Source: an uncultured archaeon | Lineage (GTDB): Archaea; Micrarchaeota; Micrarchaeia; Micrarchaeales; CABMGC01 | NCBI GenBank assembly: GCA_963704435.1 | Contig: OY969902.1 | Coordinates: forward strand, 360,001 to 392,000 | Length of the DNA stretch: 32,000 nucleotides | Direction: 5' to 3' | Shown here: positions 6,624-15,770 of the stretch, in pieces | Position numbering within the stretch: the first letter of the stretch is position 1 | How the letters are laid out: every line of letters starts with the position of its first letter | Notes under the pieces: model-generated | Told to the model about the DNA's origin: nothing | Databases searched by the model: none | The model's input: the letters and a program-made list of their open reading frames with translations, nothing else | Program-made: the position numbers and the translations under genes

Positions 6624-9600
6624 ATGCAGGAGGATGCGATGGAGAGGAGCGGGAACGGGGTCAGGGCGCAGTCCGCGCTGGAGTTCCTCATGACATACAG
6701 CTTCCTGATAACGATAATAGTCTTCGTGATGAGCGTCGTCCTGATCGTCGCGCTATCTACCGCATCCGTGGTGCCGTCGCAGTGCACCTCGTTCGGAGGG
6801 CCGTCCTGCAACTTCGTGTCGGTCTACTCGAACACAACCGTGGGATACTCGGTGGTGACCCTTTCGATATCAAACTCGCAGAGCGTCCCGATAAACGTTA
6901 CCAACGCGACAGTGACGGTCGGACCGAAGACGTACCTGGGCGCGTGCGCTCCACAATACCTCTACCCGGGGCAGAGCGCCACCTGCCTGGTAAACCTGAC
7001 AACGATGCAGCGGGCGGGGGCGCTCATTCACGGCACCTACGACATCAACGCCATATACTGCAACACAGGCATATCGTCGGTCTCCAAAGGCGGATGCGAC
7101 GTGCCAAGCCTGGCTAACGGCCAGATGGTCTCATACAGCGGCTCATTCTCGGCGGTGCCATCAATATACGAAGCGGCGATCTTCAGCGTGACCGCCGCGC
7201 AGGGACCGAAGAGCCTGCAGTTCCTTCCCTACTCTGCGATAAGCGGGAGCAACACGCTTCCGCTGAACTTCACGCCCGTGCAGAACGGGGATTGGGTAAG
7301 CAACCTGACTAGAGGGAAGATAGCATACTCCTTCGCGACCCAGGGCAGCCAATACATAGGAACCATATATCTTGGGCGCAACACCATAGCGTTCCCGCAG
7401 TCGCTGTCTGCGCTGGGAAACGGAAACATCGCATGCTCCGGCGCGCCCTACAACTCGGTGCTGTCCACGGCGTCGACGTGCATCTACCTCAATGCATCAT
7501 CCACGAACGCCAACGTGACGCTGTACACCAACAATCCAGCTGAAGTGTACTACGGACTCATGCAGCCAAACAATCCGGGGAGCGCGATAAGCTGGAAGGC
7601 CATCTTCAATGGGGGTGCGTGGACCAGCGGGGGTGCCCAACAATACGGACCTGCGCTCATCAAGCTGCAGAGGGGCACATACTGCTTCGAGGCAGTGTGG
7701 TCCAACGTGTGCGGGGGCGGACTGCAATCCCTGGCGATCACGATACCTGGATTCGGAACGATAATGAACACATCGACACTGACGACATCAAGCACAGTCA
7801 CGACCTCAGTCACGGTGACAGCGACGACGTCTACGACAACCGCGACGACCACCGCGGGCTGCACGCTCGCTGGCGTGACGGGCACGATACAGGTCGGAGG
7901 AAACCCGTATGGCGTCGCGTTCTCTCCTGATGGGACCTTTGCGTATACGACCAATTATGGCCCCGACACCCTCTCGATGATAAGCACCGCGACCAACTCT
8001 GTCGTAAACACGATCGGGGCGGGACCCGGGGTTACCAACCCTGACGGCATCGCGTTCGTGCCGGGAAGCAGCACATGGGCATACTTCGCGGACTCCTCCG
8101 GCCTCGGAACGATCTTCGTGCCTACGAACTGGGTTGTGAACCCGCTTAATTATTCGATACAGAGCCTTGATGTGCAGTTCACGCCGAGCGGCAGCGAGGC
8201 ATATGTAGTAGCCGGAACGTATGGAACCGAAGGGCGCAACGTTACTGTCATAAACACTGCAACAAGCGCGGTGGTCAACACGATCGTACTTCCGAACCAA
8301 GCAGGTCAGCCAGAGGGGGTCGCGTTCTCTCCAAACGGAAACCTAGCGTATGTTACGGATTATCTCGGAAACAAGGTTGTCGTGATAAACGTCGCGACGA
8401 ACACAGTCATAAACTCGATTTCTGTAGACGGAGAGCCAGTAGCAGTCAGCTTCGCTGACAACAACCATGCATACGTCAGTGCAGCGGGCGCCGATAAGAT
8501 TGATGTGATAAACGTCGCAACGAACGCAATGACGGCGTGCGTTATCACGGCATATATCCCTTATGGCATCACCGTTTCACCGACTGGAAATTTTGCCTTG
8601 GTCGCTACCGCTGGAAATGCCCTTATGATAAACACTGTGAGCAACACCGTGATAAATTCAATCACGACAGGGACGGGATATAATTACAGAATGGCCATTG
8701 CAGCCAACGGCAAATATGCATATCTAGGTTCTTCGGGTGGTGCAATCGGATATATCAATATCCCAGCGAACACGTTCACCACCTTGATCGCTACCGACGA
8801 AGTATCTGACATGGTGATAGACCCGACCAGCTCCACATATGTGTATGCGGCGCAGTATTATGGAGGCGGAATGATCTACAGGATTGCCACTGCTACTAAC
8901 GCCATCACCAGTTGGGGTTCGTACAAGGAGTACGGACTACACCTGGCAATCCCGTCAACCGGCGGCGTGGCGTATGAGACAGGCTACTCCTCCGCCCGCC
9001 TGAGTATCATTAATCTCGGATCGATGTCTGTAGTGCCCAGCTCAGTCGGAGCCACACCGAATGCGATTGCAGTATCGTCTTCTGGCATTTCATACGTTGT
9101 AAATGGAGGCAGCGGCACTGTCACTGTGGTCGGCCCCCCTAGTGCAGGCTATCCTGTACTAGCGACCGTGCCCGTCGGCACCGACCCATGGGGCGCGGCG
9201 GTCTCGCCCAACGGCCAATATGTCTGGGTCACCAACTACGGATCTGGCACGGTCAGCGTCATCAACACCGCGACCTACTCGGTCGTGGCCACCATCATAG
9301 TCGGCTCCAATCCTACGGGCCTCGCGCTGTCGCCCAACAGCGCCTACCTCTACGTCGCGAACTCCGGAAGCAACAGCGTGAGCGTCATCACGACTTCGAA
9401 CAATCAAGTGGTTGCTACCATACTTGTCGGGTCCAGCCCGTACGGCATCGCCGTTGCACCGACAGGCGATTATATATACGTCGCAAACCACGGGAGCGGC
9501 ACGGTCCTAGTGATCAACGCGGCCACGCTCAGCCTCGTCAACACGGTGGTCACTCCTGGAGGGACGCCGCATGCCATAGCCGCATCGCCGACGGGCAGCT

Positions 9601-9668
9601 ATCTGTACGTGACTGACGACTCGCCGAGTAGTAAAGTCTTTGTGGTCGGTGAGGGGACCTGCACCTGA
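6624..9668 (+). CDS. Type IV pilin-like (class III signal peptide) protein fused to YVTN-type beta-propeller repeats, 1014 aa
   Basis: N-terminus ..GVRA/QSALEFLMTYSFLITIIVFVMSVVLIVAL has a prepilin-peptidase-type site plus a hydrophobic helix. It is followed by a sequon-rich domain of about 340 aa, a Thr/Ser linker (about 7770-7856), and about 600 aa of ~40-residue repeats (GxxPxGVAFSPDGxxAYVTNxxxxTVSVINTATNxVV). The alternative start ATG-6639 fits a TATA-like box at 6606-6615. Confidence 0.85.
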   Translation: MQEDAMERSGNGVRAQSALEFLMTYSFLITIIVFVMSVVLIVALSTASVVPSQCTSFGGPSCNFVSVYSNTTVGYSVVTLSISNSQSVPINVTNATVTVGPKTYLGACAPQYLYPGQSATCLVNLTTMQRAGALIHGTYDINAIYCNTGISSVSKGGCDVPSLANGQMVSYSGSFSAVPSIYEAAIFSVTAAQGPKSLQFLPYSAISGSNTLPLNFTPVQNGDWVSNLTRGKIAYSFATQGSQYIGTIYLGRNTIAFPQSLSALGNGNIACSGAPYNSVLSTASTCIYLNASSTNANVTLYTNNPAEVYYGLMQPNNPGSAISWKAIFNGGAWTSGGAQQYGPALIKLQRGTYCFEAVWSNVCGGGLQSLAITIPGFGTIMNTSTLTTSSTVTTSVTVTATTSTTTATTTAGCTLAGVTGTIQVGGNPYGVAFSPDGTFAYTTNYGPDTLSMISTATNSVVNTIGAGPGVTNPDGIAFVPGSSTWAYFADSSGLGTIFVPTNWVVNPLNYSIQSLDVQFTPSGSEAYVVAGTYGTEGRNVTVINTATSAVVNTIVLPNQAGQPEGVAFSPNGNLAYVTDYLGNKVVVINVATNTVINSISVDGEPVAVSFADNNHAYVSAAGADKIDVINVATNAMTACVITAYIPYGITVSPTGNFALVATAGNALMINTVSNTVINSITTGTGYNYRMAIAANGKYAYLGSSGGAIGYINIPANTFTTLIATDEVSDMVIDPTSSTYVYAAQYYGGGMIYRIATATNAITSWGSYKEYGLHLAIPSTGGVAYETGYSSARLSIINLGSMSVVPSSVGATPNAIAVSSSGISYVVNGGSGTVTVVGPPSAGYPVLATVPVGTDPWGAAVSPNGQYVWVTNYGSGTVSVINTATYSVVATIIVGSNPTGLALSPNSAYLYVANSGSNSVSVITTSNNQVVATILVGSSPYGIAVAPTGDYIYVANHGSGTVLVINAATLSLVNTVVTPGGTPHAIAASPTGSYLYVTDDSPSSKVFVVGEGTCT
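7857..8135. repeat. Near-identical block shared by the two propeller genes (copy 1)
   Basis: Aligns to 10381-10659 (offset 2524). By eye I count 9 mismatches in 279 bp. Confidence 0.8.
9120..9666. repeat. 547-bp perfect direct repeat, copy 1 (3' end of the first propeller gene)
   Basis: Line-by-line comparison shows identity to 11659-12205 (offset 2539). The ORF track also reports identical antisense ORFs at this offset. Identity breaks just upstream of 9120 (mismatches at 9113 and 9119) and at the stop codon (TGA versus TAA). Confidence 0.95.
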
Positions 9669-9744
9669 CTTTATCAGCTTGGATCATTTGCTGGCAAAAA
9701 CCTTTCCCCTTTTTAATCTTTGCTGCGAATCGTAATCGGTAATC

Positions 9745-12207
9745 ATGAAGCTGCAGTCCGCCATGGAGTATCTGCTTACCTATGGCTGGATGATCCTGAT
9801 AGTCACGATAGTCATCGCCGTGTTCATGCTGCTCGGAGTGTTCAATCCGAGCGGAATCGCAGGCCAGCAGTGCCTGCTGCCTGCAGGGCTATCCTGCTCG
9901 ATCTCGGACCTTACCCCTAATGGCGTGCTCCTCGTAAACATACTCCAGACCACGCCTACGCAGATAAACGTAAGCGCGGTAGGATGCGACACCCAGTCCC
10001 TGATACCCAGCGGAATGTCGACTTACAGGACCCTTCTCAGCAGCACGAGCTCCCCGTTCATCGTGCAGTGCTACGCGGGCAACAGCATCACCCCCGACAA
10101 TGCGCTGAGCATAGGCACCCTATTCTCCGGATACCTGATAGTGAACTACACAGAAGTCTACACAGGATTCCCCCACACAGCAACAGGAACACTCCTCGCC
10201 AGAGTCACATCGGTGAACCTCGCGACCACGATATCTTCGACAACGACTGCCACCACGACCAGTTCCACCATCTCCACAACCACAACAGGCACCTCCACTT
10301 CAACGACGTCCACGTCGACGACGGCCACGACCACATCATCCACTTCGACGACGTCAACGACCGCGAGCACCACCACAGTGGGCTGCACGCTCGCGGGCGT
10401 GACGGGCACGATACAGGTCGGAGGAAACCCGTATGGCGTCGCGTTCTCGCCGGACGGGACCTTTGCGTATACGACCAACTATGGCCCCGACACCCTCTCG
10501 ATGATAAGCACCGCGACCAACTCTGTCGTAAACACGATCGGGGCGGGACCTGGAGTGATCAACCCTGACGGCATCGCGTTCGTGCCGGGAAGCAGCACAT
10601 GGGCATACTTCGCGGACTCCTCCGGCCTCGGAACGATCTTCGTGCCTACGAACTGGGTTAATAATCCGATTAACTATTCAATACAGAGCTATGACGTGCA
10701 ATTCACGCCGAGCGGCAGCGAGGCGTACGTGGTGAGCGGCGTGGGGGGGGTTGAGAAATACAACGTCACGGTCATAAACACAGCGACAAGCGCAGTGGTC
10801 AACACGATCGTCCTTCCGAACCAAGGGACAAGCGAGCCACTCGGTGTTGGATTCTCTCCAAATGGAAATCTAGCTTACGTTACAGATTACAACAGCAACA
10901 AGGTTGATGTGATAAACGTCGCGACGAATACGGTCATAAACACGATTTCCGTAGACCCGGGGCCGAATGGAGTCGGCTTCGCTGACAACAACCACGCGTA
11001 CGTCACCACAGATTACAACGTTAAGCTTGACGTGATAAACGTCGCGACGAACACCGTCACAGCGAACAACATCGTCGCATCATATGCATCTTATGCCATC
11101 TCGGTCTCACCGGTTGGCAACCTTGCCTTGGTTTCTACTGCTGGGAATATCCTTGTGATAAACACTGTGAGCAACACCGTGATAAACTCAATCACGACAG
11201 GGGTGGGCTACACCGACAGGATAGCCATAGCGGCTAATGGCAAATACGCGTACATAGGTGACGCTCAGGAGCACATCGGATATATCAATATTCCAGCGAA
11301 CACGATGACCGCATTCGGTGCGGGCGGGGAAATAGAGGGAATGGCAACAGACCCGACCAGTTCAACTTACGCGTACGGGTCAATTTATTGCTGTGGAAGC
11401 TACGGGTTCATAAGAATCGCCACATCCAATAACGCCATCACCTATGCGACGACCATCCCGAACAAAAACTACTACTGGGAAATGGCAATCCCCTCAACCG
11501 GTGGAGTTGCGTATGAGACGGGCTACAGCTCCGCACACCTGAATATCATTAATCTCGCATCAATGTCTGCAGTGCCTAGTTCGGTCGGAATGACTCCGAA
11601 CGCGATTGCGGTCACGCCCGGCGGCATCGCGTATGTGGTGAACGGAGGCAGTGGCACGGTCACTGTGGTCGGCCCCCCTAGTGCAGGCTATCCTGTACTA
11701 GCGACCGTGCCCGTCGGCACCGACCCATGGGGCGCGGCGGTCTCGCCCAACGGCCAATATGTCTGGGTCACCAACTACGGATCTGGCACGGTCAGCGTCA
11801 TCAACACCGCGACCTACTCGGTCGTGGCCACCATCATAGTCGGCTCCAATCCTACGGGCCTCGCGCTGTCGCCCAACAGCGCCTACCTCTACGTCGCGAA
11901 CTCCGGAAGCAACAGCGTGAGCGTCATCACGACTTCGAACAATCAAGTGGTTGCTACCATACTTGTCGGGTCCAGCCCGTACGGCATCGCCGTTGCACCG
12001 ACAGGCGATTATATATACGTCGCAAACCACGGGAGCGGCACGGTCCTAGTGATCAACGCGGCCACGCTCAGCCTCGTCAACACGGTGGTCACTCCTGGAG
12101 GGACGCCGCATGCCATAGCCGCATCGCCGACGGGCAGCTATCTGTACGTGACTGACGACTCGCCGAGTAGTAAAGTCTTTGTGGTCGGTGAGGGGACCTG
12201 CACCTAA
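9745..12207 (+). CDS. Type IV pilin-like protein fused to YVTN-type beta-propeller repeats, 820 aa (paralog of 6624..9668)
   Basis: N-terminus MKL/QSAMEYLLTYGWMILIVTIVIAVFML is the classic archaeal pilin QSAxEYLxTYGW motif. It has a shorter globular domain, a longer Thr/Ser linker (about 10222-10380), then the same propeller. TATA-like TTTTAATC at 9711-9718. Confidence 0.85.
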   Translation: MKLQSAMEYLLTYGWMILIVTIVIAVFMLLGVFNPSGIAGQQCLLPAGLSCSISDLTPNGVLLVNILQTTPTQINVSAVGCDTQSLIPSGMSTYRTLLSSTSSPFIVQCYAGNSITPDNALSIGTLFSGYLIVNYTEVYTGFPHTATGTLLARVTSVNLATTISSTTTATTTSSTISTTTTGTSTSTTSTSTTATTTSSTSTTSTTASTTTVGCTLAGVTGTIQVGGNPYGVAFSPDGTFAYTTNYGPDTLSMISTATNSVVNTIGAGPGVINPDGIAFVPGSSTWAYFADSSGLGTIFVPTNWVNNPINYSIQSYDVQFTPSGSEAYVVSGVGGVEKYNVTVINTATSAVVNTIVLPNQGTSEPLGVGFSPNGNLAYVTDYNSNKVDVINVATNTVINTISVDPGPNGVGFADNNHAYVTTDYNVKLDVINVATNTVTANNIVASYASYAISVSPVGNLALVSTAGNILVINTVSNTVINSITTGVGYTDRIAIAANGKYAYIGDAQEHIGYINIPANTMTAFGAGGEIEGMATDPTSSTYAYGSIYCCGSYGFIRIATSNNAITYATTIPNKNYYWEMAIPSTGGVAYETGYSSAHLNIINLASMSAVPSSVGMTPNAIAVTPGGIAYVVNGGSGTVTVVGPPSAGYPVLATVPVGTDPWGAAVSPNGQYVWVTNYGSGTVSVINTATYSVVATIIVGSNPTGLALSPNSAYLYVANSGSNSVSVITTSNNQVVATILVGSSPYGIAVAPTGDYIYVANHGSGTVLVINAATLSLVNTVVTPGGTPHAIAASPTGSYLYVTDDSPSSKVFVVGEGTCT
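10381..10659. repeat. Near-identical block shared by the two propeller genes (copy 2)
   Basis: Counterpart of 7857-8135. Confidence 0.8.
11659..12205. repeat. 547-bp perfect direct repeat, copy 2 (3' end of the second propeller gene)
   Basis: Counterpart of 9120-9666. Confidence 0.95.
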
Positions 12208-12286
12208 TTCTCGGCACGTATCTAGTGCACCCTTTACTGTGGATTGGAAGTATAGGATTGCATTATCCTTGAGTTTGAACTCACAT

Positions 12287-12304
12287 CCGCTTTGCCCAAA
12301 GCGG
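12287..12304. terminator. Hairpin between convergent genes
   Basis: CCGCTTT-GCCC-AAAGCGG (7-bp stem), located between the stop of 9745..12207 (+) and the stop of Pelota (-). Function is inferred from position. Confidence 0.3.
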
Positions 12305-12321
12305 CCGGATTCCGATTTGCC

Positions 12322-13374
12322 TTATCTCCCAGGATTCTTCCTCACGAACCGCTTGTCCACGGCGGCTATGTCCTTGAAGCTGTGCAGCTGGATTCCCGCG
12401 TCGTCCTCGGAGTTGAACACCCTTATCCCCACGCGCTGGGCGTATGCCGCGTCAAGGACCTCCTTGACGCCCTCCTCGTTCAGCACCGAGTCGTTCACCA
12501 GCACCGCACCCGCCTGGTAGGTCTCCAGCGCCTCCCTTACCTTGTCCATGCCATAGAACGAGCGGCCCATAGCCAGCCCAGCGAGGAAAGCGTTGAGCGC
12601 ATCGAACTCGCCCTTCACCTTCTCGTTCTCGAGCAGCCTCGACACCGCATCGCTCTGCACCGCCTCGCGCACGCCCGACCTTTCCGCGTCGCTCGCTGCC
12701 GCGTACACCACCCTCTTCTCAAGCTTCAGGCCCTTCGTCTCGACGTGCTTCTTGAAATCGTCCTTAGTGAAGCCCGGCCCGGCTATGACTATCAGGTCGA
12801 CCTTCATCCCCGCGACTTTCTTCGCGATCTCGTCGAAGTACGCCTGCCTCGCCTTCCCGTACTCCGCCTCCTTCATCTTCTTGCTCAGCCCGCTGTAGAT
12901 CTCGGCCGCGGTCTCGATGCCCGTCCCCTTCACGTACGCGAACGTCGCCTTCTCGTCGTCCAATGCCACCGCTCCCAGCCTCGGCTTCCTTGAGTCGAGG
13001 ACCGCCTGCCTTATCATTCCGAGCGTGTACTCCTTCCACTCCGCCTTCCTCACGGTCAGGGCGTCTCCTTCTCCCACGCTCAGCGTGTGGTAGCTGCCCA
13101 TCCTCACGAACTCCTCCGGCCTGCCGCTAAGTATCTTCCCGGCCAGCCTGAGCATTCCCGAGTTCCTGTCTATCTCCACCTTCTCCACGCTCAGCTCGAT
13201 GACCACCTCCTTCTGCTCTCCCACGTCGCCCTCGCTGGGCCTGAAGCGCCTGGTGCTGCTGGCGGTCGCGGCGTCGCCCTTCCCTATCACCCTTGCGAGC
13301 AGGTACAGGTCGTCGAACGATGTCGGTACCAGCTTCAGCTCGTTAGTGGAATGGTTGAACCTTATTACCTTCAT
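12322..13374 (-). CDS. pelA: Pelota (Dom34 homolog, mRNA surveillance / ribosome rescue)
   Basis: MKVIRFNHSTNELKLVPTSFDDLYLLARVI.., 350 aa, eRF1-like three-domain layout. The start is taken at ATG-13374. The 189-codon upstream extension in the ORF track overlaps the DedA gene and looks non-coding (R/E/H/D-rich). Confidence 0.92.
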   Translation of the reverse strand: MKVIRFNHSTNELKLVPTSFDDLYLLARVIGKGDAATASSTRRFRPSEGDVGEQKEVVIELSVEKVEIDRNSGMLRLAGKILSGRPEEFVRMGSYHTLSVGEGDALTVRKAEWKEYTLGMIRQAVLDSRKPRLGAVALDDEKATFAYVKGTGIETAAEIYSGLSKKMKEAEYGKARQAYFDEIAKKVAGMKVDLIVIAGPGFTKDDFKKHVETKGLKLEKRVVYAAASDAERSGVREAVQSDAVSRLLENEKVKGEFDALNAFLAGLAMGRSFYGMDKVREALETYQAGAVLVNDSVLNEEGVKEVLDAAYAQRVGIRVFNSEDDAGIQLHSFKDIAAVDKRFVRKNPGR

Positions 13375-13431
13375 GCTCTCAATGGTCTTCTGGCTAATCA
13401 AAGATAAAAACATATGCAGGGAAATAAACCC

Positions 13432-14058
13432 ATGCACCTCTTCATGCTGCAGAGCCTGCTCAGCTTCACGTACGCGTCCGTAAGCGCCTTTATCGGCACC
13501 TACGGCTACATCGCGATCTTCGCGCTCACGGCGGCCGAGGCGGCGCTCCCGATCCCGAGCGAAGTCATCCTTCCCCTTGTAGGCTACTTCGGGGCCATTG
13601 GCGAGATAAGCGTGTTCGTGGGTTTCGCAGTCGCGATCCTCGGGAGCCTGGTCGGAATGGTCGCCGACTACTACGTGGCCTACTTCCTCGAGAAGGACGT
13701 AGTGTACAAGCACCTCCGCCTCTTCCACATGAAGCGCAGCAGTGTGGAGGCGTTCGACGCGTGGTTCGCAAAGAACGGCAAGCTCACCGTATTCGTATCC
13801 AGGCTCATCCCGCTGGTCAGGGCGCTGATAAACTTCCCTGCCGGCTTCGCGAAGATGAGGGTCAGGGAATTCCTGCTCTACTCGTTGGCGGGCACCATCA
13901 TATGGTCCGCGCTGCTTATGGGCTTCGGCTACTATGCGCACGGTCTGCTCGTAGCGAACGTGTACTACCTCGTGATAGCGCTGGTGCTATTCTTCGTCGT
14001 CCTGTATGCGCTGTACCGGTACATGATGGGAAAGATAAGGAAGCAGATAAAGAGCTGA
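13432..14058 (+). CDS. DedA/VTT-domain family membrane protein
   Basis: YGYIAIFALTAAEAALPIPSEVILPLVGYF and ..FVSRLIPLVRALINFPAGFAKM.. are typical DedA segments, with multiple TM helices. Start is ATG-13432 or ATG-13414. An AT-rich element at 13400-13411 could act as a bidirectional TATA box with Pelota. Confidence 0.85.
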   Translation: MHLFMLQSLLSFTYASVSAFIGTYGYIAIFALTAAEAALPIPSEVILPLVGYFGAIGEISVFVGFAVAILGSLVGMVADYYVAYFLEKDVVYKHLRLFHMKRSSVEAFDAWFAKNGKLTVFVSRLIPLVRALINFPAGFAKMRVREFLLYSLAGTIIWSALLMGFGYYAHGLLVANVYYLVIALVLFFVVLYALYRYMMGKIRKQIKS

Positions 14059-14234
14059 GAGAAAGCTTCATTTCCGCCCTTGAAAACAAGTTCAATATTT
14101 TGAACAGGGCCATATCTTTTTGAACGAGGGCTAGGGAGGCCATAGTCTAGGACATGCGGCGTAAGATAAGTGCAGTCGAAAAACTTATATATTAGAATTA
14201 CTATAACATTATAGTAAATAATATAGTGATATAA

Positions 14235-15254
14235 GTGAATAAGGAAGAGACAAAGATATTGAGCTATCTCTCAGACAACTTAGGTGATGGGGGAAACATA
14301 CGGGAAATGTCAGAGGGCATAAATAAAAGATATGGCCCTGCTTATTATTCTAACATCTACAACACCACGAATAAGCTTAAAAAAATGGGCATCGTAGACA
14401 TAGCGCAGGAAGGAAAGAACAGGCGGATAACGCTCGACGCGGAAAATCCCTTCTCAACGTATTACATGTCTGAGATCGAGAGCCACAAGGCTAGCCAAAC
14501 AACCCTCTCTAAGGAAATGCTGAGCAGCATATTGGATCTTGCTGAAAGATTCAATATATTTTCCATTTGCACTTTGGAAACTGAAAAACATCTGAAAATA
14601 AACAGGATAGAGATGCTAATCCTTGCCCAGAATCACGACGATGATGGAAAACTGATAAAATCTCTTTTACGAACGGAATCCGAGCAGGGAATAAAAATAG
14701 ACCCCTGCATATTTGCCATTGACGAATTCATAAAAATGATGCAGACCGATGAACTAAACCCGATAAAGGACATTATCCCTGACAAATGCGTATTATACAA
14801 CAGCGAAGGTTTCTGGAGCCTGATAAACCATCACAAGATAGGAATCAAATACAAAAAATCCAGAAAATTCTCCCTATATCTGACAGCGAGCGAACTAGCG
14901 TATAATTACAACAGGCAAGGCTATCAATTGAATGAGCAAATCAGGCCTTCCGAGAAGATATCCTTAGAAACCACAATATTCTCAATGAGCATCAAAAACG
15001 AAACCAGAATAAAATACGGAGCCATAATCCTGCTGTACAAAAACATTGAAAGAATAAATTGGGCTTGTTTATTCTATATGTACAAAAGATATGATGAGCT
15101 AAACAGATTCAAAAGCATCCTGCTTTCATTGGCAGACTTAAAGAATACGACAAACAACGCGGATATCAACCGCTACATCGAAATCATTACAGACAAACCA
15201 GATACGAAATACGACGCTAAAATAATTAAAAAATACATGGAGGTGTATGGTTAA
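14235..15254 (+). CDS. wHTH-domain protein of an AT-rich accessory gene pair (possible AbiEi-like regulator/antitoxin)
   Basis: 339 aa. The N-terminus TKILSYLSDNLGDGGNIREMSEGINKRYGPAYYSNIYNTTNKLKKMGIVDIAQEGKNRRITL is winged-helix-like. GTG start. Its stop TAA directly abuts the next ATG (TAAATG). Confidence 0.45.
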   Translation: MNKEETKILSYLSDNLGDGGNIREMSEGINKRYGPAYYSNIYNTTNKLKKMGIVDIAQEGKNRRITLDAENPFSTYYMSEIESHKASQTTLSKEMLSSILDLAERFNIFSICTLETEKHLKINRIEMLILAQNHDDDGKLIKSLLRTESEQGIKIDPCIFAIDEFIKMMQTDELNPIKDIIPDKCVLYNSEGFWSLINHHKIGIKYKKSRKFSLYLTASELAYNYNRQGYQLNEQIRPSEKISLETTIFSMSIKNETRIKYGAIILLYKNIERINWACLFYMYKRYDELNRFKSILLSLADLKNTTNNADINRYIEIITDKPDTKYDAKIIKKYMEVYG

Positions 15255-15770
15255 ATGGCAGGAATTTCAAAAAGAGACCTCCTACAGTTTCTTGAGTCCT
15301 TTGATCAGGAACTGACCAGAAAAATCCTGCTTGTTGCAGTTGGAGGAACCGCGATGACCTTGCTAGGCATCAAGGCGACAACGAAAGACATAGATTTCAA
15401 CATACCCTTGGAGGAGGATTTCAATGAATTCGCGCACATCAGAGACAAAATAAGGCCGGGCGTAAAAATTGACTGTTGGAGTTCTAATACCATATTCAGC
15501 GAGATTTTGCCGGGGGATTACATAAAAATTGCGATTGATTATCCTTCTGGCCTTCGAAAAATCGAAATTAAACTGTTGAACCCTATAGATATCGCATGTT
15601 CAAAAATCAGCAGGTTTAACGAGGCGGATCGGGAAGATATAGTGGACTGCATTGAAAAAATCGGCATAACAAGAGTACAGATGAGAAAGAGGGCGCAGAG
15701 ATATTCGCAGGTCGGAAGTGAACGGGCATTCAATGAAAATCTCGAATATATATTAGAGAACCTGTTCTAG
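15255..15770 (+). CDS. Minimal nucleotidyltransferase-fold protein (DUF6036/AbiEii/MNT-like)
   Basis: Pol-beta superfamily signature GG-x13-DxD (VAVGGTAMTLLGIKATTKDIDF). The later ..DIACSKISRFNEADREDIVDCI resembles the family's C-terminal helix. 171 aa, translationally coupled to the upstream gene. Confidence 0.6.
   Translation: MAGISKRDLLQFLESFDQELTRKILLVAVGGTAMTLLGIKATTKDIDFNIPLEEDFNEFAHIRDKIRPGVKIDCWSSNTIFSEILPGDYIKIAIDYPSGLRKIEIKLLNPIDIACSKISRFNEADREDIVDCIEKIGITRVQMRKRAQRYSQVGSERAFNENLEYILENLF

Noticed and set aside
9159-12155. Pairs of identical small ORFs (9159..9491 = 11698..12030; 9188..9616 = 11727..12155) that could look like duplicated genes.
   Set aside because: They are a by-product of the 547-bp perfect DNA repeat inside the two propeller genes and are not independent genes.
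13375-13941. 189-codon N-terminal extension of the Pelota ORF (track ORF 12322..13941).
   Set aside because: The Pelota homology starts at MKVIRF (ATG-13374). The extension overlaps the convincingly hydrophobic DedA gene on the + strand and translates to charged junk.
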